A stretch of DNA of 64,000 nt from a virus (taxonomy: Duplodnaviria > Caudoviricetes). The notes beneath the pieces were generated by a model that was given only the letters and a program-made list of their open reading frames with translations, was not told the origin of the DNA and searched no databases. The translations under genes and the position numbers were made by a program. Within the stretch, counting starts at the first letter, position 1. Every line of letters starts with the position of its first letter. Shown here piece after piece: positions 56,925-64,000 of the stretch. The DNA lies in the IMG/VR virus record IMGVR_UViG_3300021255_002065, positions 64,001 through 128,000 of that record; one strand, given 5' to 3'.

Positions 56925-58622
56925 ATGACATTGAATGATTATATTCTCGATCAAGTAATGGAAGCAAAAGAAAATGAGTTGGAAACAACACAAAAGGTGT
57001 TAGAATATCTTGTGACAGAAAGTATGAAAGAATGGGAATATCTTGATCACTGTATTACCTATCACAAAGATCCAACACTCGTTCAAGAGTCATTTTTAAA
57101 GAAAATACACACAGGTGTGAAAGATACTGCGGGAGGCATCCGCAGTATCATCACAAGACTTCGTGCATTGACTCGTCGAAATCTTGTGGTATTGAAAACA
57201 TTGTTTTCACATGTAAAAGATGTTACAGAAGGATTCAGGGGTAAATTCCGCAAGAGTGGTGCTAAGAAAAGCGCGTCTCAAATTGCACATGAAAATCTTC
57301 GTAAGAAATTGGATCCTGAGAAGAAGATGGCAGAATCACAAGCACGTGTAAAAGTACCATATGAAGGAGACATCAAACAAGATGAGATTGAATTAATTAA
57401 TTCCGCAATCTTAATTAAAGAATTTGATGATGATAACAATTTCGAAGTGGATTTGATGGGTGTAAACTATGTGAAGAATGATCGTGGTAAAGTAAGAGCT
57501 GTTTCTGATAAAGGAGAAGGAGTTCCTTCATTGGCATCTCTATTCGTTTATACAAACTCCATGATTTACTTCATCAAACATCCAAATGAAATGGAAACAT
57601 TATGTGAATTGATTACTCTGGGATTCAAGATCACAAATGGTGAACAAGAAATTGCACCAGCAGAATATGCCAAGAAAGTTAATAAATTGACCAGTGCTGC
57701 ATTCAATAAAGCAAATGGTATTGCTGCTGGTGGTACAAGATTAACCATGAAAGAACTAACGACATTCCAATCCAAATTGAACAATTTGGAAGAACAATTG
57801 GACTTTGCGCAAAATGGTAATAACAAATTGAATGATGTGGATACAAGTGTCATTCAAGCTTTGAATAATTTGGTTCACATTACAGAACATTTTCAGTTTG
57901 GATTGTCTTCCTTATCAAATGCAATGCAAAAAGTACATCTGATTGATTTGAAATACATGAACTCTATCACTGACAGAAATGTGTTGTCAAAGTTTGTATA
58001 TGATTGCATTCAGAATGGTATTCCACCCAAGTATATCGCATACAATACATGGTTAATCGCAAATGAAAGCATTCGTGGAAGTGCATCCAGATACAAACCC
58101 GTCGGTGGTCAAACACGTTGTGTATTCTTCCCGAATGACAATAAAAAGGAAATTCTTAAAATTGCCACATCTGGTATTGGTATCACATCTAATAAGAATG
58201 AAATTCGTTTCTCAGAATTCTTAAAACGTTCCAAGGAACAAGAGATGATTGATATTTCCGCACTTGTTACAAATACTTATGCCGAAGATGCCATATTGGC
58301 AATGGAACGTGTTGTCGATAGAGTTGGAAAACATCCTGACTTACAGATTCTGAATGACATGAAATCAAAATATAAAGCATTTACTGATCGACATCCTGAA
58401 TTGAGATTGGTTGTTTCCGACTTTAATGATGGCAATGTCATGTGGTCGAGTGATAAAGATCGATGGATCTGTATCGACTATGGTCTTGGTAAACGTAATA
58501 CGCAGAAACAAGAAGTTGTTGACAAGAAGGCAAATAAAGCCATCAAGCAATATCATAAACAGAACGAAACAAATGATGATGGAGGAGAACCAAAGTCATT
58601 GAAAAATGTTGCAGAAGAATAA
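56925..58622 (+). CDS. Propeptide-bearing protein with C-terminal protein-kinase-like domain
   Basis: GGQTRCVF, LKIA, NKNE, MERV, DFNDGN, IDYG; N-terminal leader ending LVQE/S. Confidence 0.75.
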   Translation: MTLNDYILDQVMEAKENELETTQKVLEYLVTESMKEWEYLDHCITYHKDPTLVQESFLKKIHTGVKDTAGGIRSIITRLRALTRRNLVVLKTLFSHVKDVTEGFRGKFRKSGAKKSASQIAHENLRKKLDPEKKMAESQARVKVPYEGDIKQDEIELINSAILIKEFDDDNNFEVDLMGVNYVKNDRGKVRAVSDKGEGVPSLASLFVYTNSMIYFIKHPNEMETLCELITLGFKITNGEQEIAPAEYAKKVNKLTSAAFNKANGIAAGGTRLTMKELTTFQSKLNNLEEQLDFAQNGNNKLNDVDTSVIQALNNLVHITEHFQFGLSSLSNAMQKVHLIDLKYMNSITDRNVLSKFVYDCIQNGIPPKYIAYNTWLIANESIRGSASRYKPVGGQTRCVFFPNDNKKEILKIATSGIGITSNKNEIRFSEFLKRSKEQEMIDISALVTNTYAEDAILAMERVVDRVGKHPDLQILNDMKSKYKAFTDRHPELRLVVSDFNDGNVMWSSDKDRWICIDYGLGKRNTQKQEVVDKKANKAIKQYHKQNETNDDGGEPKSLKNVAEE

Positions 58623-58633
58623 GAGGTGATACT

Positions 58634-60247
58634 ATGGAAGAATTAGAATATTTCTGGGAGTGTATGGTGGAATCCAAACAGAATGTGTTTGATGCAATCG
58701 TTGCAGAAAATGAAAAGGAACATATGTTGGTGGAACAATATCTGATGAAACAAGCAGAAGGTAGAATCACATTGGAAAGTTCTGATATGGGAATTCGTCT
58801 ATGGCAATTACTTAAGAAAACGAGTAAAGCCACAAGTGGTATTGCCGATCATGCAGTCAACTTGTTAAAGGGTATTTTCCATGTAAAAAATGGAAGTAAA
58901 AAACCAACAAAAACTCCAAATGCAATTGCACAACAAGTTGTACCAAGTTCCAAACTTCCAAAAGCACAACAGGAAGTGGAGAAGAATTTGAAAACTCCAT
59001 TCAAAGGAAAAGAGAATGTGGTATTAAGTGCAACTCCTATTTTTATTAAGGAAATTACACAAGATGAAGGGTTATACATCGGATTATTCGGTGTTAACTA
59101 TATCAAGAACGAAAAGGGACAGTTGGAACATGTTTCCAACTCCCATGGTATCAAGGGATTGGAAGACAATACCATCATCTACAAGAACATGGTGTATTAT
59201 ATCAAACATCCAGAAGCATTTGAAAATCTTGCAAGGATTGTGGAACAAGCCGGTGATTTGGTAGATGGTGGAAATGTTGACCAAGCAAAGCTTCGTGAAG
59301 CCATCAAAAAGACGGTTGCGAAGAGCCATGCTCCCGGTCGTGAATTCAATGCTGGTGGTACGAAATTAACCATGAAGGAATTGACAACATTCGCTGCTAA
59401 AGTGAATCAGTTAACAAATGCAATGGACAAATTCCAGAATGGTAATAATCACTTGAATGGATTTGATTCTGAAACAATTACGGCAATGAACCAATTGGTT
59501 CGTGAATTGGAAACTTGTCAACATGGTATCAATGGTTTGGCAAATGAGGTTGGTAAGCTGTACATGATCAAAGCACAATATGTGAACTCTATCACGGATA
59601 AAAATGACTTGGCAAAGTTTGTGGAAATGTGTATTGATGCTGGTGTACCACCAAAGTTTGTTGCATACAATACATGGCTGATTGCAAATGAAGAAATCCG
59701 TGGTGATAAAGTAGACTTTAATAAAGTGCCAATGGGACAAACCAGAATGGTGCTCTTCCCGAAGGATAAAAAGATCATCACCAAGATTGCGTTTAGTGGT
59801 CGTGGATTAACTTCTAACAAGAACGAAGTAAGAATGAGTGAATTTATCCAGCGGAGTAAAGAAGAGGATATGATCAAGATTGCTGCTCCGATTGTTGGAA
59901 AATATGGTAAAGACTGTGCAGTTATTGATATGGAACGTGTTGTCGATAAAGTTGGGAAACACCCCAATCCAAAAATGTTAAATCAGGTAAAGGGGCAGTT
60001 CATAGACTTTGTACAACGTCATCCTGAATTGAGATTGGTGGTTACCGACTTTAATGATGGAAATATCATGTGGTCGAGCGATCGTGATTGTTGGGTATGT
60101 ATTGACTATGGCTGTGGTCAACGTGATAACATTTCTGAAGAGAAACTGCAACAACGTGCTGAGAAGAAACAAGCGGCATACAAAACTCGCACTGGTAAAG
60201 ATAAAATATTAGATGTTACGGTAGGTGATGATAATGACAACGATTGA
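58634..60247 (+). CDS. Paralogous propeptide-bearing protein-kinase-like protein
   Basis: MGQTRMVL, TKIA, NKNE, MERV, DFNDGN, IDYG; leader ending ITLE/S. Confidence 0.75.
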   Translation: MEELEYFWECMVESKQNVFDAIVAENEKEHMLVEQYLMKQAEGRITLESSDMGIRLWQLLKKTSKATSGIADHAVNLLKGIFHVKNGSKKPTKTPNAIAQQVVPSSKLPKAQQEVEKNLKTPFKGKENVVLSATPIFIKEITQDEGLYIGLFGVNYIKNEKGQLEHVSNSHGIKGLEDNTIIYKNMVYYIKHPEAFENLARIVEQAGDLVDGGNVDQAKLREAIKKTVAKSHAPGREFNAGGTKLTMKELTTFAAKVNQLTNAMDKFQNGNNHLNGFDSETITAMNQLVRELETCQHGINGLANEVGKLYMIKAQYVNSITDKNDLAKFVEMCIDAGVPPKFVAYNTWLIANEEIRGDKVDFNKVPMGQTRMVLFPKDKKIITKIAFSGRGLTSNKNEVRMSEFIQRSKEEDMIKIAAPIVGKYGKDCAVIDMERVVDKVGKHPNPKMLNQVKGQFIDFVQRHPELRLVVTDFNDGNIMWSSDRDCWVCIDYGCGQRDNISEEKLQQRAEKKQAAYKTRTGKDKILDVTVGDDNDND

Positions 60248-61472
60248 TGAAATTGTACAAGAACAAGAGATGTCCACAGTTATTGCATTATTGGAATATT
60301 ATCAAAAACAACTGGACTTATCCGATTATGAAACGGACGTGTATGTGGAGCACGTCCGTAATATTGGTATGACAACTCCTTCCGAAAAAGCCAGAGAAGA
60401 ACAGGAGAAAGAAGAAGTAACAAATACTTCAAACAAGAAAGAATCTGTTGATGATAAACAAAGTCTTGGTACTAAAATCAAATCGGGAATTTCCAAATTG
60501 ATCAATATGATTATCAATGGATTTAAAAAGATTATTTCAAAGATAATGTCGATTGGAAAATCGGAAACAAAAGTCACAGATATGATTGTGAACAATCCAG
60601 ACGCTTGTAAAGAAGCTGGCGATAAATTACAACAGATAGCAAAGTCAAAGGTGACGCAGGAAGCCGCAACATTAACAGACGTTATCGCTCATAATAGATT
60701 TAAAGATCTCAATAAATTAAGCCCTGCTGAAAAAGCCGATCTCGTCCGTTATTATGATAAACAGCAAGCTGCCAAGAAAGCAGCAGAAGATGCAGCAAAA
60801 GATGCAGCTGAGCGAAAAGAAGCGATATCTGATGCAGTGAATTCAATAAAGAAATTTGTTCCATTTGGTTTATTAAGAAATATTGGTATTGGTGCAGTGA
60901 TTGCATTATGTGCAACTTTATTCATTCTGCTTTATAAAAGGAAAACCAATTATCAATTACCAAGTGTAACAGATATTGGTCGTTCTTGTGTAGAGCTGAA
61001 TTCACAATTACAAAAGTCCATGAATGGAAATGGACTCAAAAATGTCACAATCAATCCAAAAACAAAGGACTACATGACACGTGTTGCAAACTGGAATAAG
61101 AGATATACTAAGAATGAACCAGAATTTGAATCAAAGCATTCCGAATTCGAATTGACCAGAGAACAAGAAAAAATATTTGTTGATGCAGTTTATCTTGCAG
61201 CATCTGCAAAGAATGATCGATTCATCGGTGTGCTACAAGATTCTATTGGGTTATTAAAACAATTCAATGCTGTCATTAAAAAGAGTAATGGGATTGTGGT
61301 AAACCATTTGGTTGATGTTTCCAAACAATATGCAAATTTCATCATTGGAATTAATAAAGCAATCACAGTAGGTTCTGATCTAATCAAAAATATGGGATTA
61401 TCCTTACAACAAATTCGAGGATACCAAAATCAGAAAGAACGTGATTACAAACCTTCGAAAGCAATTATTTAA
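60234..61472 (+). CDS. Putative internal head protein, propeptide family, with a transmembrane-like helix
   Basis: QEMSTVIALLEYYQKQLDLSDY; amphipathic helix; IGIGAVIALCATLFILLY. Confidence 0.6.
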   Translation: MTTIDEIVQEQEMSTVIALLEYYQKQLDLSDYETDVYVEHVRNIGMTTPSEKAREEQEKEEVTNTSNKKESVDDKQSLGTKIKSGISKLINMIINGFKKIISKIMSIGKSETKVTDMIVNNPDACKEAGDKLQQIAKSKVTQEAATLTDVIAHNRFKDLNKLSPAEKADLVRYYDKQQAAKKAAEDAAKDAAERKEAISDAVNSIKKFVPFGLLRNIGIGAVIALCATLFILLYKRKTNYQLPSVTDIGRSCVELNSQLQKSMNGNGLKNVTINPKTKDYMTRVANWNKRYTKNEPEFESKHSEFELTREQEKIFVDAVYLAASAKNDRFIGVLQDSIGLLKQFNAVIKKSNGIVVNHLVDVSKQYANFIIGINKAITVGSDLIKNMGLSLQQIRGYQNQKERDYKPSKAII

Positions 61473-61486
61473 GGAAGTGATAATCA

Positions 61487-62473
61487 ATGATTGATATTGA
61501 GCAAGTAGTAATGGAATCAGAAATTGATGTATTATTGGAACAAACTTGTTTATTACAAAAAGAATCCATGTTATCAGATTATTATGTTGAAGCTGATGAA
61601 GTTACTGCCAATGATGAATCACCAAAGAATGACAATATCTTGAAAAAGATATGGGGTGGAATTGTTAGGATTATCCAGGCAATTGGCAATTGGTTTAAAA
61701 AGTTCTTTGATCGTTTCAAGAAGAAACGAAGCGATGGAAACTTTACACCGAAATATATCAAACTAGATGAGAATGGGAATTTCAAATATTGCATGTTTCC
61801 AAAATACAATGTAACTGATTCTACATTACCAGAACATCAACAAATCGAGAGTCAATTCCATTTACTATTGTCCTTTCTGTTTGAAGATGTCATGACATTC
61901 AATTATACAAAACATAAATTGTTTGATAATTTCTTAACTGCATTAGAGATGTATAAGAAGAATCATGAAAAACACGTGAAAGAAATCGCTGGTAAAAAAT
62001 TGAATATGACCAATCCAATTGGTAAAGAACGTGATTTGATTAAGAGATACACCAAACATATCTCAAAAGATTTCAAAATGGCAGGAAACTATCAAGCTGG
62101 TAATGAGAAACTGAACAAATGGGGAAATTATGCAATCAACCAAGGTGCGGAACATGCCATGATTGAAATCAAGAGTTTGGATGAAATCAAATTGGCTGAT
62201 CAACATATCATGGGTGCAATTAATGAAGCAAATGCTTGTTATAATGATTTAAGAAGTGCTCTGGGAATGGGTGAAAATCAAGCACGACCTCAACATTACC
62301 TGTTATCCAAAGATATTGCAAATGATGTATTACAAGTATTAAATAAGATGCTTGAATATATCAAAGACTTGACAAAGATGTATGAAATGACACTTGGTCA
62401 AGTTCGTATTGATTTAATCAACATGATCGAATATCAGAAACATCATAAACAAAACAAGAAAACTCAAAAATGA
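61487..62473 (+). CDS. Putative internal head protein, propeptide family
   Basis: ESEIDVLLEQTCLLQKESMLSDYYVE/A; NILKKIWGGIVRIIQAIGNWFKKFF. Confidence 0.6.
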   Translation: MIDIEQVVMESEIDVLLEQTCLLQKESMLSDYYVEADEVTANDESPKNDNILKKIWGGIVRIIQAIGNWFKKFFDRFKKKRSDGNFTPKYIKLDENGNFKYCMFPKYNVTDSTLPEHQQIESQFHLLLSFLFEDVMTFNYTKHKLFDNFLTALEMYKKNHEKHVKEIAGKKLNMTNPIGKERDLIKRYTKHISKDFKMAGNYQAGNEKLNKWGNYAINQGAEHAMIEIKSLDEIKLADQHIMGAINEANACYNDLRSALGMGENQARPQHYLLSKDIANDVLQVLNKMLEYIKDLTKMYEMTLGQVRIDLINMIEYQKHHKQNKKTQK

Positions 62474-62496
62474 TAACATCAACATTATTTATGTAT

Positions 62497-62520
62497 ATCC
62501 CCCGGCATATGCCGGGGGAT
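62497..62520. terminator. Bidirectional terminator (perfect palindrome)
   Basis: ATCCCCCGGCATATGCCGGGGGAT between convergent genes. Confidence 0.75.
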
Positions 62521-62531
62521 TGTGATGATGA

Positions 62532-63194
62532 TTAAATTCCAAGCTGCTTTTCTTTCGACACTGGAGATGGCGGTGTCGCAACCTTGTAACCTTTCTTTGT
62601 CACAAGGTCCTCGTATACAGTGAGTTCGCCGTCAAGATATTCGAGGGCCTCTTCGAGATTGATTGCGGGCTTAACGCCATTCTCAAACAGAAGCTCACGA
62701 GTCTTGATGTTGACCTCTTTGAGACTGAACATCTCATCGAGGTCTTCTTCACGAGGGAGACCGGTCCACTGTTCGCGGGGCAGACGGATGGCAATTGGCG
62801 CAAATTCGATATCGCCGATATTGCCGGTATACACCCAGCCTGCAATCAGTGTGAATGTTTCGGCTCTAACATCGTAATCATCCACTGCAATTACGATTTC
62901 GCGCTTACAGCCCATGTGGGTATCAAGAAGGGGGAAATGAATTCCTACCTTGTTGATGAAGTACTCATAATGGGTATCTGTAATTCCAGACTCCGGAAGT
63001 TCCTCACACAGAATTGAATTGGCTGTAAGAAGATTGACGATTTCAGCCATGATATTCTCAAGGTTGATTTCTCTGATTTCAGCCTCGGCCTGCAAATACT
63101 GCTGCCATGCAGTCTTCAAGCGGAAGTCTGTCTCTGCCTTTGTAATCTTCATTGCTTCTGTCAATGTTTTGTCAAATGTTTTCGATGCTTTCAT
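62532..63194 (-). CDS. Hypothetical accessory protein
   Basis: AAGGAGG RBS before MKASKTF; higher GC; preceded by the tandem pseudoknot element. Confidence 0.7.
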   Translation of the reverse strand: MKASKTFDKTLTEAMKITKAETDFRLKTAWQQYLQAEAEIREINLENIMAEIVNLLTANSILCEELPESGITDTHYEYFINKVGIHFPLLDTHMGCKREIVIAVDDYDVRAETFTLIAGWVYTGNIGDIEFAPIAIRLPREQWTGLPREEDLDEMFSLKEVNIKTRELLFENGVKPAINLEEALEYLDGELTVYEDLVTKKGYKVATPPSPVSKEKQLGI

Positions 63195-63218
63195 AATCAA
63201 TTCCTCCTTGGAATGTAT

Positions 63219-63286
63219 GCTCGGTTTCTCAAGACATGAGCTGGTCTTATGTTTATGATTGAGCAGTTTAACGACTTACTCAGGTC
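63219..63286 (-). ncRNA. Tandem H-type pseudoknot element (copy 3)
   Basis: GACCTGAGTAAGTCGTTAAACTGCTC...AAGACCAGCTCATGTCTTGAGAAACCGAGC; the second stem shows a compensatory change relative to copies 1 and 2. Confidence 0.7.
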
Positions 63287-63314
63287 AGATCCAACAGTAA
63301 GAATAAGTATCTTT

Positions 63315-63467
63315 TTACTGCCGGATAAGATACTGTGTAATATACATGCCGTTCAATAATTTGACAGCTTGTATATTAGATGCAACAGCATCTTTGTTTT
63401 GGGACTGGACTTTGTTTTGTATTTGTTGTTTGAGCAAGTCCAGTTCTTTGTCTGAAATTTTATGCAT
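63315..63467 (-). CDS. 50-aa hypothetical protein (not in the ORF track)
   Basis: AGGAGGTGA RBS; MHKISDKELDLLKQQIQNKVQSQNKDAVASNIQAVKLLNGMYITQYLIRQ*. Confidence 0.65.
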   Translation of the reverse strand: MHKISDKELDLLKQQIQNKVQSQNKDAVASNIQAVKLLNGMYITQYLIRQ

Positions 63468-63493
63468 GTGGATCACCTCCTAAATGCAGACAT

Positions 63494-63517
63494 GAGTGGG
63501 CCCATATGGGCCCACTC
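63494..63517. terminator. Perfect palindrome hairpin
   Basis: GAGTGGGCCCATATGGGCCCACTC. Confidence 0.55.
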
Positions 63518-63727
63518 TTATTCGGATAAAAATAATAAACCTTTTAACGACATGCTCGGGTCGGATGAAAAAGCGTCCGGCAGACGCTTGGTAAATTAAG
63601 AACATAAATTTGAATACGATCTTAATTCATATAAATGATATATATACCAAAAAATGAAAAAATGCAAATTTTGTATGCTACACCGGAAAACCGGGGATTA
63701 ACTTATATTTCGAAAGGAGTCTATAGC

Positions 63728-64000
63728 ATGGATCATATGATAAAAACAACCCAACAATGGAATGCAACATCCATGATTGGATATATCATTCCAAGTGGTA
63801 CATTATGCATTGAGATTGTGAATGATCAAGATTTTCGAGCAAAGGTTGGTGATGGTAAACGATCTTATCGGAATCTTCCATATTTGACACATAGCTACTA
63901 TCAAGAAGAAACTATTTTTTCTAACACGGAATCTTCATTAAAACATCTGGAATCATTAATTGGTGATAAAGTTGACAATAACACATTCGATGATGCAATC
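63728..64000 (+). CDS. Tail fibre/spike protein N-terminus (Mtd_N/hyaluronidase-N-like), 3'-partial
   Basis: GAAAGGAG RBS; MDHMIKTTQQW...GTLCIE...KVGDGKRSYRNLPY. Confidence 0.65.
   Translation, partial: MDHMIKTTQQWNATSMIGYIIPSGTLCIEIVNDQDFRAKVGDGKRSYRNLPYLTHSYYQEETIFSNTESSLKHLESLIGDKVDNNTFDDAI

Noticed and set aside
1-64000. Stop-codon reassignment as in some gut megaphages
   Set aside because: Standard-code ORFs tile the window densely with intact domains; no fragmentation at TAG or TGA is apparent.
1-64000. tRNA/rRNA genes, diversity-generating retroelement, integrase or transposase
   Set aside because: No cloverleaf in the short intergenic gaps, and no reverse transcriptase, recombinase or DDE motifs were recognised. 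The duplicated segments do not show adenine-specific divergence.

Overview
AT-rich, gene-dense segment of a jumbo myovirus genome, probably infecting a Gram-positive/Firmicutes host (GGAGG Shine-Dalgarno sites, several peptidoglycan hydrolases). It covers the virion morphogenesis region: fibre and baseplate genes, a 3458-aa tape-measure/tail-lysin polyprotein, a neck protein, the probable major capsid protein, a T4 gp21-like prohead protease and a stand-alone RNA polymerase beta C-terminal subunit (phiKZ/AR9-like split RNAP). Five things stand out. (1) About 12 ORFs share an N-terminal leader that looks like a capsid-targeting propeptide, with prohead-protease-type xxE/[ASG] sites; two of them carry protein-kinase-like domains. 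(2) A polyprotein with two permuted papain-like domains and an HExxH protease lie next to that family. (3) Three accessory cassettes are built from reused, covarying non-coding parts: an AT-rich promoter, a structured leader, tandem H-type pseudoknots and a switchable terminator. (4) A free-standing HNH endonuclease has apparently replaced the 3' end of rusA and left the old 3' end behind. (5) A C39-like peptidase bracketed by recurring G-x-G-D motifs suggests the tape measure protein processes itself. All functional calls come from motifs read by eye; no database searches were run.
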